In this document: one piece after another, positions 1 to 13,000 of the stretch
How the letters are laid out: the number at the start of each line of letters is the position of its first letter
Numbering within the stretch: position 1 is the first letter of the stretch
Notes under the pieces: model-generated
Told to the model about the DNA's origin: nothing
What the model saw: only the letters and a program-made list of their open reading frames with translations
Databases searched by the model: none
Position numbers and translations under genes: made by a program
Source of the DNA: Eledone cirrhosa
Lineage: Eukaryota
Direction of reading: 5' to 3'
Assembly: GCA_964016885.1 (NCBI GenBank)
Contig: OZ024741.1
Span: 108,500,001-108,564,000 of the forward strand
DNA: 64,000 nucleotides

Positions 1-995
1 GAAAATAGGGCCCTCCTTCTCTGTATTCAATTTTAGGATAGTAGCCCAAGAAGATAGGTTCAAGGTTCATTATGGCTCTGATAATAGTGACTCGGACTTT
101 AGCTAGTCGGAGGGTCTTTATCATCCAAAACTGGGGAACAGAATCGAATGCATGTATGGATGAATGGATGGATGGACGAATGGATGGATAGTTGGATGGG
201 TGGCTTTATGTATGAATATGCTTATGTATGTACTAACTGGCGGGGTTCGTTGTTGCCAGTGACTAAATCAGTTGCAATAGCAGTGAGTAGGGTGATAGGA
301 CGGGTACTCAGAATACCAGAAGCTTCCACCACTATAACGAAAAATTAGCGGAGAGTGGCCCGGACTACAGTAACTTGCCTTCTTCAGCTTGTCGGACAAC
401 GAAACCTGGGGCTGTAGTTGAATTCACCAGATTTCTGCTTGAGAGTGTATTGTTGCATGTCATGTACTAGATAAAATGTTTACATACACGGAATGAGATG
501 ACTATGCTGCCATCTAGCCTTTTACTGCCCTCTCTCACGAGCAGAAGTCGACAGCGTCCCAGCTTCGCTTATTCATATAGTTAAGAGAGGCTTGACAGCG
601 GAAGATCAATGAACTCATGTACCATGGATCCAAACCGGCGTTTGTGTTGCTCGCAAATCCAAAGGCCAAGCCTCCGGAAAAACACATATGGGGACAATCA
701 CTGGTGCTGGACAAGCAAGTTCGAAAGGCTGTCCAAAAGTTAGACACACTGGACTACTTTCGATTTTTGTTAGTATTAGAGTGATTGGATGTTGGCAGAA
801 TAGAAGCCAAGACAGCTCAACGTAGCATATGTGTATGTGGCCATATGTCGACACCATTGTTAAACTTGTTGATAAATAAAAGCTTTATTATTCGTGATAG
901 GGACGATATATCGTTGAAACTGTACATTCAATGATGTTGCATATGTGTGTATGTATATGTATATATATGCATATATATATATATATAAATATATA

Positions 996-1070
<75 letters not shown>

Positions 1071-1236
1071 AATTAATATCTAGTAACATATATATACATA
1101 CAGATGCATATCAATGCTAGCAAATATATAGGTTTTGTCTTAGTAACATTGTGGTTCAATGCATGGGGTTGCAGAACAATAATATGAGAGACGTAAAGTA
1201 AGAAAATTATAAAATTAACTTAATTACTAAAATATC

Positions 1237-1318
1237 ACTTCCAACTAATTAGTTTCTGGAATGGAGTAAATATATTTTCCGAAGAAGATATGGAGAAACA
1301 TTCCGTCGTTAGGGAAGT
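1237..1318 (-). ncRNA. Type-I hammerhead ribozyme, core-mutated copy (CUAACGA)
   Basis: Minus strand: stem I ACUUCC/GGAAGU, core CUAACGA (G5A), stem II GGAAUG/CAUUCC, GAAA-CUAAUUAG-UU. Confidence 0.6.
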
Positions 1319-1759
1319 CTATTCTCATCCAAGTTTCCAGGCAAAGCGGGGACTCTGGAAACTTGTTAAAAAATAATTCAGTGGATAGGAAATAGCAAAG
1401 CGTGGACCCGAATTCCTAGCCATTGAGAAAATCACTGCCTCTGCGTCTGTGGCAAATTAAAAAAAAATCAATCACGTGACATCGAGGTCAATCAGTGGAA
1501 AGTGGTTTGCTAATAAGACAGCGGCCTGCCTACTACCATAGCAGCAGTCATGGCCAATATTGCTCGACAAATAATTTGGAGATAATTATAAAGAATTAAT
1601 ATCTAGTAACATATATATACATACAGATGCATATCAATGCTAGCAAATATATAGGTTTTGTCTTAGTAACATTGTGGTTCAATGCATGGGGTTGCAGAAC
1701 AATAATATGAGAGACGTAAAATAAGAAAATTATAAAATTAACTTACTTACTAAAATATC

Positions 1760-1841
1760 ACTTCCAACTAATTAGTTTCTGGAGTGGAGTAAATATATTT
1801 TCCGAAGAAGATACTGAGAAACATTCCGTCGTCAGGGAAGT
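1760..1841 (-). ncRNA. Minimal type-I hammerhead ribozyme
   Basis: Minus strand: ACUUCC-CUGACGA-stem II-GAAA-CUAAUUAG (palindromic loop III)-UU-GGAAGU; 6-bp perfect stem I. Confidence 0.8.
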
Positions 1842-2214
1842 CTATTCTCATCCAAGTTTCCAGGTAAAGCGGGGACTCTGGAAACTTGTTAAAAAATAAT
1901 TCAGTGGATAGGAAATAGCAAAGCGTGGACTGAATTCCTAGCCATTGAGAAAATCACTGCCTTCTCTCACGAGCAGAAGCCGATGTATGTATGTATGTAT
2001 TCCGTAAGGGTGGGGAGCACTCAATAGGTATTTAGCTACTTCATAGTAGAGATCGATGAACTTAGCAACAGAGACTATAGTTTAGTCCGCTTAAATCATT
2101 GAACCCTATGAAATTGATGCTACAGCATGGGCATACCCTAATAAAGATTAAGAAAAAATGTATGTTCGTATATATATTATTACTCACACACACACATATT
2201 TATATGTATATATA

Positions 2215-2270
<56 letters not shown>

Positions 2271-2381
2271 TACACACACATTTATATTTTCATATATATA
2301 TATCTATATATATCTATATATATATAGATATATATACAGTATATATATATATACGAGTATATATATATATATATATATATA

Positions 2382-2449
<68 letters not shown>

Positions 2450-2489
2450 TGTATATATATATATATATATAAATGAAAATATAGAAATT

Positions 2490-2679
2490 AATTGTTTCTA
2501 CTTTAAGCACAAGGCCAGCAATTACCCAGTGCATTACTGGTACTTTATTTTATCGACCCCGTTACGATGAAAGGCAAAGTCAACCTCGGCGGGATTTGAA
2601 CTCAGATCGTAAAGGGACGTAACTATGCTGGAAAGCATGGCATCCGGCCCTCTACCGATACTGCCAATCCAACGCCCTA
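2490..2679 (-). mobile_element. tRNA-derived SINE (Meta-domain-like core)
   Basis: A box TGGCAGTATCGG, B box GAGTTCAAATCC, core GCCTTTCATC..GGGGTCGATAAAATAAAGTACC; 19-bp TSD 2474-2492/2698-2716. Confidence 0.9.
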
Positions 2680-2843
2680 TATATAATTACATAATACTGA
2701 AAATATAGAAATTAATGTGAGCAAGAAGCCAACAGTATTTCATAATATATAAGTGACTATAACGTCAAAATGGAAAATAATTAACGTAAGATATGGGAAA
2801 ATAATTCAAACTCAATTATATATATATAGATATATTATTACAT

Positions 2844-3034
2844 AATTGTTTCTACGTTTGGCACAAGGCCAGCAATTATCTCAGTGTATTACTGGTACTT
2901 TATTTTATCGACCCCGTAAGGATGAAAGGCAAAGTTAACCTCGGCGGGATTTGAACTGAGACCGTAAAGGGACGTAACTATGCTGGAAAGCATGGCGTCC
3001 GGCCCTCTACCGATACTGCCAATCCATCGCCCTA
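2844..3034 (-). mobile_element. tRNA-derived SINE, same family
   Basis: Full-length copy with A/B boxes and the shared 3' tail; ATTACATAAT on both flanks. Confidence 0.9.
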
Positions 3035-3345
3035 TATATAATTACATAATACAAGCTGATTGATACCACTATCTACTATAAGCAGCTTCATTTGTGTGTG
3101 TGTACGTGTGTCTGTGTGTCACAAAAGTGTTATATAAGAGTTTCACGTGCATACACCCACAAATATAGGTAGAAAGACGCATGCGCATGCACTGACATTT
3201 ACACCTACACACAGGGAGAGAGAGGGGGATAAATAAAAGGAGGAGAAAAGAGCGCGCGCCATCGATTTTGTCCTTTTGTCATTTCAAACCAATGGATTTG
3301 AGAAAGACACGTTACACCGATTACAAAAGCCTACATTACTCTCAT

Positions 3346-3403
<58 letters not shown>

Positions 3404-3485
3404 ACTACTACTACTACTACTACTACTACTGCTGCTGCTGCTACTACTACTACTACTACTACTACTGCTACTACTACTACTGCAT

Positions 3486-3538
<53 letters not shown>

Positions 3539-3555
3539 ACTGCTGCTACTACTAT

Positions 3556-3586
<31 letters not shown>

Positions 3587-4040
3587 GCTGCTACTACTAC
3601 TGCTACTACTACTACTACTACTACTACTGCTGCTACTACTACTACTACTACTGCTGCTACTACTACTACTACTGCTGCTGCTGCTACTACTACTACTGCT
3701 ACTACTACTGCTGCTACTACTACTACTGCTACTACTACTACTACTGCTACTACTACTACTACTACTACTACTGCTACTACTACTACTACTACTGCTACTA
3801 CTACTGCTGCTGCTGCTGCTACTACTACTACTGCTACTACTACTGCTGCTACTACTACTACTGCTACTACTACTGCTACTACTGCTACTACTACTACTAC
3901 TACTGCTACTACTACTACTACTGCTACTACTACTACTGCTACTACTACTACTGCTGCTACTGCTACTACTACTACTGCTACTACTACTACTGCTGCTACT
4001 ACTACTACTACTACTACTACTACTGCTACTACTACTACTG

Positions 4041-4075
<35 letters not shown>

Positions 4076-4182
4076 GCTGCTGCAGCTGCTACTGCTGCTA
4101 CTACTACTACTACTACTACTACTGCTGCTGCTACTACTACTGCTACTACTACTACTACTGCTGCTACTACTACTACTGCTAT

Positions 4183-4216
<34 letters not shown>

Positions 4217-4259
4217 GCTGCTACTGCTGCTACTACTGCTGCTGCTGCTTCTACTACTG

Positions 4260-4294
<35 letters not shown>

Positions 4295-4373
4295 GCTGCT
4301 ACTACTGCTGCTACTACTACTACTGCTACTACTACTGCTACTGCTACTACTACTACTACTGCTGCTGCTGCTA

Positions 4374-4408
<35 letters not shown>

Positions 4409-4793
4409 ACTACTACTACTACTACTATTACTACTATACTACTACTGCTGCTGCTACTACTACTACTACTACTACTACTATACTACTACTACTATTACTA
4501 CTACTACTACTACTGCTACTGCTACCGCTACTACTACTGCCGTTACTACTACTACTACTACTACTGCTACTACTACTACTACTACTACTACTGTTACTGC
4601 TACTGCTACTAATATAATACTACTACTACTTCTACTACTACTACTAGTACTACCACCACCACCACCGCTACTACTACTACTACTACTATTACTACTACTA
4701 CTACTGCTACTACTGCTGCTGCTGCTGTTGCTGCTGGTGTTGATGCTCCCACTACTACTGCAACTACTTCTGCTGCTTCTGCTGCTTCTTCTG
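3346..4793. repeat. ~1.45-kb compound (TAC/TGC)n trinucleotide microsatellite
   Basis: Directly visible; source of the spurious poly-Y/C/L ORFs. Confidence 0.97.
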
Positions 4794-4848
4794 CTCTGTG
4801 TGTGTCCAGCGCTATCTTTGCCAAGGCTCTGTATGTGTGTGCATCTGC

Positions 4849-4893
<45 letters not shown>

Positions 4894-4933
4894 CGATATT
4901 AACAAATGGAAACTATATTTATAAAACCATATC

Positions 4934-4998
4934 TATTTTATTATACATATTTCAAGGATACCATGTTAAATTATGGTGTGCTTTCATCAGACAAAATA
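4934..4998 (-). ncRNA. Minimal type-I hammerhead ribozyme
   Basis: Minus strand: UAUUUUGU-CUGAUGA-AAG..ACCAU/AUGGU..CUU-GAAA-UAUGUA-UA-AUAAAAUA; same family as 36089-36155. Confidence 0.75.
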
Positions 4999-5168
4999 CA
5001 ATATATACCAGCTTTATAAATATATTTTAACATACCCTTTCAAAATGCAACCGTTACTTTTGGAAGACACCGGGATATTTACATCAATTACTTGTCGAGT
5101 GCTTTATATCAGTTATAAAAGTATTTACTTGTTGTATCCCAACAATTTAAATAGAACTTTTGCATATA

Positions 5169-5217
<49 letters not shown>

Positions 5218-5548
5218 GCATATGTGTGTGTATCTGTGTTCGTGTGTTTGTCGGCCTTTTTACAAATATCGGCATACTCTCCTTTTCAGGACTACTTCCA
5301 ACAACTTATTTTATTACTTAGTTTGGGCGTACACTAAAATGTTAATATTTAAAGGTAAGAATCCTGATGAATATAATTAAATTGCCCACTAAATAAATTA
5401 CCCCCAGAAATAATACATACCAGGTGTTTACATTACATCCACATGATGCCGCAAACTTCCTACTTTAAACATAGGATACTTGTAACATCATCAAGTGAGT
5501 AGATAACGACCGGAGTTATACTGATTGTACATGATTAGCTTCGCTGGA

Positions 5549-6145
<597 letters not shown>

Positions 6146-6559
6146 GTATGTAAAAGTAAACAGAAATAACAAGGCAAACGACGCAGTACATTAAAGAAAT
6201 ATATTAGTTTAAATCTTGAAATAGCAGGAAACGAATCATAACTTTTCGGACGCGTGTCTTTCATCAGATCATAGAGTTAGAAAGAGAAGATAATTTAGAA
6301 AGATACAGAAAAAGAGGAAGGAGCGAGGACAAATGAGAAAAAAACACCCGTGTGTAATCAGTCAGCCATTACATACACACAGACACACACACACACACAC
6401 ACACATACACATACATACACACACAGAGACACGCACAGACACACACACTCACACACACACAAACACACACAGACACACACACATATATATATACATCTAA
6501 AAGTGTAAAGTCTGTCTCAAGAAGGCTCGTTATGTCGGTGTTTATCTCGGTTTCGTGGT

Positions 6560-6760
6560 GTGAAGCAACAGAGAGTATAAGACTCTTCCTCGACAAAGTA
6601 CCTGTCCACCATAGGCTGAAACCCCAAGATATTGCTGGTACTCATTTTCAGTTGAGTATATTGGAGCAGCCTGAAATGAAGTATTTTGCTGAATAACACA
6701 ACACGCAACCCAGCCTAGGAATAGAACCCACGAAAATGTGATCGTAAGTCCAACATCCTA
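6560..6760 (-). mobile_element. Old tRNA-derived SINE of a second family
   Basis: B-box-like GGTTCTATTCC and core GCTCCAATATACTCAACTGAAAATGAGTACC; similar to 45960-46280 and 27540-27670. Confidence 0.55.
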
Positions 6761-6806
6761 CGGATATAAACCCACCAGTGTTCTACACTTGTATATATAT
6801 GTACCA

Positions 6807-6897
6807 GGGGTCTGACGAGCCACGGATTACAGAGCCAGGTTAGATCGATACAGATCGAACCTTGAGCTGGTCAGTGGCGAAACGCGCGTCACCAACC
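6807..6897 (+). ncRNA. Type-I hammerhead ribozyme with extended stem II
   Basis: GGU-CUGACGA-GCCAC...GUGGC-GAAA-CGCGCG-UC-ACC, then AATAAA at 6898-6903; stem I is short. Confidence 0.75.
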
Positions 6898-6949
6898 AAT
6901 AAACGTAATGAAGGAGTAACCAATAGTCGTTGTTATCTTATTTAACTAT

Positions 6950-7088
6950 AATTGTTTCTACTTTTGGCGCAAGGCCAGCAATTACACAGTACATTACTGG
7001 TACTTTATTTTATCGACCCCCGTAAGGATGAAAGGCAAAGTTAACCTCGGCTGAATTTGAACTCAGACCATAAAGGGCCGTAACTCTA
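6950..7088 (-). mobile_element. tRNA-derived SINE, 5'-truncated
   Basis: Core and 3' tail match the family. Confidence 0.85.
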
Positions 7089-7196
7089 TAATACACTCTG
7101 TCTAGCTCTACACATCGACACTGAAATGAACCTAAACATCGAGTGCTCACACGGGTGAACCTACAGTAACTCCAAGTTACAATTCTTCGTTATATC

Positions 7197-7319
<123 letters not shown>

Positions 7320-7326
7320 ATGTATG

Positions 7327-7381
<55 letters not shown>

Positions 7382-7520
7382 TATTGTTTAGCTCTAGTTT
7401 TCTTAACTATTGGAGCGCTTGCCAGTAATTCTACGATTTTACGTTTCGTTTCGCTTTTTCTACCAGCCGAAAGGCGATTCTCGTTGAATTTATATTTGTA
7501 TATATATATATATATATATT

Positions 7521-7589
<69 letters not shown>

Positions 7590-7777
7590 ATATACATATA
7601 ATCATTTCAAATCTGGCATTGCCCACACATATATGTCTCTGTGTGCATAGTATATACCCTTCAAAATTATACATATTTTTGGCGTTATCGTAAGACCTAT
7701 TATATATAATTACTTTACTAGATATAGACACACGATTATATAGATTATATGGCTATATAGATTATATAGATATACTG

Positions 7778-7838
<61 letters not shown>

Positions 7839-8008
7839 CGCACGTGGGATGGTGTGTGTGTGCGCGTTAGTTATTATTGCAACGTGGTGAGTCTTGTTAC
7901 TCTGGAGTTTCAACTGTGTATTTAAAGGATCATGTCTAATGAACACGTGAGAACACAGGTGAAAAACCACTTAACCATAATAAGGAATATTTAATCTCTA
8001 CTTCGCAA

Positions 8009-8039
<31 letters not shown>

Positions 8040-8815
8040 TCTATATCAATAATTTATCTGGTATTTTAATGAACACTTTGAAGATTATCGTATCATATAA
8101 TTTTTATACAATACCACCTGTAAAACTCATATCTGTTATCCTTCATTTTAGACTTCTATGTCTAATGAACCCTAATTTGTAATTCATATGTATACAGATA
8201 CATATATACACTCACACGCACACATACACTTGCACACATAGATACTCTATAAATTTTCCTCTTGCTCTACTTTTTATCATAAAGTTGTTAACCTCATTAT
8301 AGTCACAGATATATTCTTACAGTAGTTTATCTCCTCTGTAAATATAATTAGTTATTCAAAGTTTCTAAGTCTCTAAACGTTCATTTTAATTATAGATATA
8401 TCTATTACAATGTATGCGTCCAAATGTTCTTAATGTCCTTTTAGTATATTCTGATAATATTACACTTCACTTATTAAAGAGTAGTAGCCCTTATAATTCC
8501 TATTTGTATACTTCTAGCTCTAATTTAGTGTATGGTATTTCTTTTTTATCGATGTAGTACAGTTTGTAAAATATCTAATGTAACTGAATGAAATTTTCAT
8601 ATTTCTATCATTCATACATTGTCTTTGGGTTTCCATAAGTTTTAACGCATTCATTAATGTTTACGTTCGTCGGACTTTTCTTTTTTCACTGGGACTTTAA
8701 AACATGTAAGGTGTTTATTTATATTTGATTCATCCTGATGACTTAATTATGCACGAATAAATATTCATTCCTATTAGTTTAACGAAACGTTCGTAAAACC
8801 ATTAAAGGCTTTAAT

Positions 8816-9000
8816 AATTGTTTCTACATTAGGCACAAGGCCACCAATTACTCAGTGCATTACTGGTACTTTATTTTATCGACCCCGTAAGGATGAAAGG
8901 CAAAGTAAACCTCGGCGGGATTTGAACTCAGAATGGCAAAGACCGTAACTCTATGCGTCAAAGCATGGCGTCCGACCCTCTACCGATACTGCCAATCCAC
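8816..9000 (-). mobile_element. tRNA-derived SINE
   Basis: A/B boxes, core and tail match the family. Confidence 0.88.
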
Positions 9001-9653
9001 AATAATCCTTGTTTACACTTTCGTTTGTATGTATGCATGTATGTATTTACATACACAGACACGCGCGCACACACACACACACACACACTGATATATACAC
9101 ACACACACACATATATATATATATATGTACATATGTATATATATATGTGTGTGTGTTTGTGTGTATATCAACTCGTTCTTTGTATTTCCCTATTATTTGT
9201 TTGCTTGATTCTCTGTCTCTAATTTCCCTGCTTTAATACCTCCCCCTTCCACTTTATCTTACGTAATAGTCTTCTCTTTCTCCTTCTATTCCCTCTATTC
9301 TCTCTCTTTCTCTCTCCTTCTCTTTATCTCTACCCCCCTCCCCTTATATCTCTCTCACGCTTTGTTGTTTTCTGTGTACTTTTTAATAAGTGCTGCTCTT
9401 TCTCCTACTTCGTTTATTTCTTCCTAACTATCTAACTTTTCCCTTCTAGCATAGACAGTTGACTGACTGGACCGACCCTGCTTCAAAGACAGGGCTCCAT
9501 CGCTACCCCAACGCCGTAATCCACTTTAATAATATTTATCTTCCCGCGCTTTATTCACCCCATTCATTCATCTAAATATCTGCCGCCATGTTTCATTCAT
9601 CTGTCCACACTGATACAGCAGTCTTAATATTTATACAACTTTGCGATGACATT

Positions 9654-9777
9654 TAGTTACGGCCCTTTACGTTTTGAGCTCAAATAGCGACCAGGGAGTT
9701 GATAAATAAAGTACCAGTAGAGTACTGTGGTCGGTTTAATCATCTTTGTTCTTGTGCCTATGTTAGAAAGTATTATT
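9654..9777 (+). mobile_element. Degenerate SINE whose tail runs into the (TAC)n(TAA)n tract holding the Tx1 pair
   Basis: GTTACGGCCCTTTA...GATAAATAAAGTACCAGTA...CTTGTGCCTATGTTAGAAAG. Confidence 0.6.
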
Positions 9778-9782
9778 TATAT

Positions 9783-9814
<32 letters not shown>

Positions 9815-10081
9815 ATAATAATAATAATGATTTCATTTATTGGCCACAAGGGCCGACATATAGGGGACAACACAATAGACAGGGACAGTGGGGGTTTACA
9901 TAGAGATCGAGTAAGTATAAATAACAAAAAAACAAAATAACAATAAAAATACAACAATGAAAGTTCCCCAATAAGAGGGATCACCACCCAGGGTTGACTC
10001 AAGCACCCCACCAGTCCTGAGCCACCCGACGCTCCTAGGGCACCCGGGAAGGGCACCCCTCTCCTTCTCGAATTCACCAGC

Positions 10082-13000
10082 CTACAGGCGCATGATCAGA
10101 GTAGGCCCACTCACGCGGGCCATTCTCGCCACATTCACCCACCTTTCAGTAAATGTACTGGGGGGCAGCACTTCTCTCTCCACCCTCACCTTCCTTTCCA
10201 AGTGAAACTTGAAGAAGTTGATGAGGGATTGGCCGAAGAGAAAAGTGTCTGTCTTCAGTCCTTTCAACCTGGTCCACCATGCAACCTCTTTCGCTACTGC
10301 CACCAGGCAGAGGAAAATTGCCTGCCCTTCCTGACCAAAAGAAGGCGGCGGGTCAATCTTCACTATGGACTCGGACGATAGCCGGATCCGTTCTACACGC
10401 GACAATAGCTGTTCGACATAACCCCACAAGTCAGCAATGCACGGACACTGGACGAGTGCGTGCAGAACGGTTTCGTCGCTCTGCGCGCATCTCGGGCAGG
10501 TTCGTCTGACAGCACTTCCGTGCCTGTAGAGTTTATCCCGAACCGGCAGCGCCCCCCGGTAGCACTGCCAAGCGAGGGATTTATGGAAGTTATCCATCGT
10601 CCCCGGCTCGAAAGTCCTCCGGAACATACTGGTCAGTTCTACTTCGTTGACGCCCAGAGCCTCTCCTAGTACGTCATCGCACTTGCCCTCCACTAATCCT
10701 CTATAGAAATCTTGAGTGGAAGTTCCACTGACCGCATTGCCCACCTTGCAGAGTGCAGTGAGCGCCTGGCAACATTCCAGATGCCAGTCGCCCAGTCTCG
10801 GTCTCTTCTTGACCCAGGACTGCAGCTCAGTCAAAGAGATGAGCTGCGGAAAGGCCCGTCTAACAAACGGCGACCACACCTGTTCACCGTTTAGGCAAAA
10901 TATCTGGAGATGTCGCAGCCTCAGCGCATGTCTGCGCATCATTAGCCACGGCATGCCCAGCCCTCCACGAAGAGGGTGCTGGCAGCAGATGGACCGCCTC
11001 ACCAACGGGACCCGTCCCCTCCACAAAAATTTGAAAAGGAGCCGTTCCAAATTGGCGAGGCGTGGACGGGGGCAAGGCACGACGGTCAGGCGGTAGTAGA
11101 TGACGGACGCGATGTACGCGTTCGCCAACTCCGCCCGCCCTTTCAGTGATAGCTTTCTCTCAGCCCATTTCTGGGTGAGGTTGGCTATCCTGCTCGTCAC
11201 CTCGTCCCAATTCTTATCCACCTGGAGGTCTGGTCCGAACCAAACCCCGAGCAACTTTACCGGTCCGTCTGTCCAGCGCCCAACGACGCTGTTGGACGGC
11301 ATGGACTTGCCTCTCCAGGTGCCGAGCTGCAAGCCCACCGACTTTTCCGGGTTAAGTTTTGCTCCCGTCAACCTTTCATATTCCTCCAAATGGGTGCGGA
11401 TCACCTCGATTTCCGAGGTGTCCGACACCATCACGGTGATGTCGTCCGCATAAGCGGACGCAGCCTTTCTGCGTCCCGGTTCGAGCGGGATGCCCTGCAA
11501 CAACTCCAGCTTCCGCAGTAGAGGCTCAAGAGTCAATACGTACAGAAGTGAGGAGAGAGGGCACCCTTGACGGACCGATCGAGAGATCTGAAACGGTTCC
11601 GAGAGGTGGCCATTAACTTTGACCACCGAGCGGATGCCGCTGTACATTGCAGCGATCCAGCTTCTGAAGACGGGGCCGAAGCCAGCCGCCTCGAGGACAG
11701 CCTCCAAGTACCGATGGTCGACCCTATCGAATGCTTTCGATTGATTTAAATTGATCAGAGCCCCACCGAAGCCAGGTTTGCACCCAACCCTCTCTATGAT
11801 GTATCGCATGAGGTGGAGGTTGTCGTGTATGGACCTGGTCGGGATTGCGCAAGTTTGCGCCTCCCCAACCAAATCTTTGACGACAAGCGCCAACCTTTTC
11901 GCTAACACCTTGGCCAAAATCTTAAACTCTGTGTTGAGCAGGGTTATGGGCCTGAAATTATCTAGTGTGTCCCTCTTGTTCTCGTCTTTCCTTATCAGCG
12001 TCACTACGCCACGGCTCACAGAACTGGGAATGCTCCCGTTCTGCTGCCAGTTGCAGTAGAGCGCTTCGAGGAGATCGGAGAACAAGTCTGGCATATTTAC
12101 GTAAAGCTCGTAGGGCAGACCATCCAAACCGGGTGACTTGCGACTCGAGCAGCCGACAAGGGCGTCCTGAATTTCGGCTGATGTTATCGGCTCTTCGCAG
12201 CGCTCAGCGTCGGCCGTCGAGAGGCGTGGCAAGCCGTCGAGGTAGGGACTGAAGTCCGCCGCCGTCTCCGACTCACCCATCCTCCCGAACAATCGAGCAA
12301 AGTGCTGGCGAAAGGCCTCACACATCTGCTTGGAATCGCTCAGTTCGTGTCCATCTCGATCCGTCAAAGACCGAATTGTGGTTTTATTTCCACGCTGCGT
12401 CTCTGCAAAGCGAGCCCATCGGGCAGCTTTGCTTCCCTCGTTCCTCAGAGCACGCGCCTTAGCTCTGACAATGCAACCTTCGTGTTTCGCATTGAAGAAA
12501 TGGTCTAGTGCCATTCTCGCCGCTAGCACGTCTGTTGCAATGCCACTACAAATAGCCTCGTCTAACTTAGCTATCAGCCCCTCCTCCTTTCTATTTTTCT
12601 CTATTGCTACTTCTTTGCTAAATCCTATCGAGGTTGCTCTAATCTCTCTTTTGAGTGCCCCCCACCACCTGTTGTTGACAACCCCCCCTGTCAACTTTTG
12701 CTTAACTAAGTTGTTGACCCGGTCCCTGTAAGCTTTACGTGCCGGAAACGACATGTTTAGCTTCCAGTAGCTAGGTCCTAACCTACGTGTCTTATCTAGG
12801 TCGACCATACAGATCACAAGCTTGTGATCTGAATAGGCAACCGTTTTAAAATGTGGACATCCTACACTATTTCTATCTCTTTTCCTAATGAAAATCCTAT
12901 CTATGTACGATCTAGATGACCCTATGCGATTGGTCCAGGTCCATACTGGCGCATTAGGGAAATCTAGTCGGTACCTGTCAGACAGTTGAAACTGGCTGAT

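Larger units (their letters stand above)
1064..1962 (-). mobile_element. Penelope-like pseudo-LTR, partial tandem direct repeat (1064-1440 and 1587-1962), each unit carrying a hammerhead motif
   Basis: Two near-identical ~377-bp units at a 523-bp offset, ending in a (TA)n tract. 1956-1983 matches 524-551, and the minus ORF 535-747 (HMCFSGGL...SSLIFRCQ...MNKRS) weakly resembles a GIY-YIG C-terminus. Confidence 0.65.

Noticed and set aside
3268-5030. Long poly-Y/C and poly-L ORFs
   Set aside because: Translations of the (TAC/TGC)n microsatellite.
6225-6275. CUGAUGA..GAC/GUC..GAAA on the minus strand
   Set aside because: No stem I pairing; at most a decayed hammerhead.
8731-8800. CUGAUGA...GAAA-CGUUCG-UA
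   Set aside because: Stem I absent; decayed or chance.
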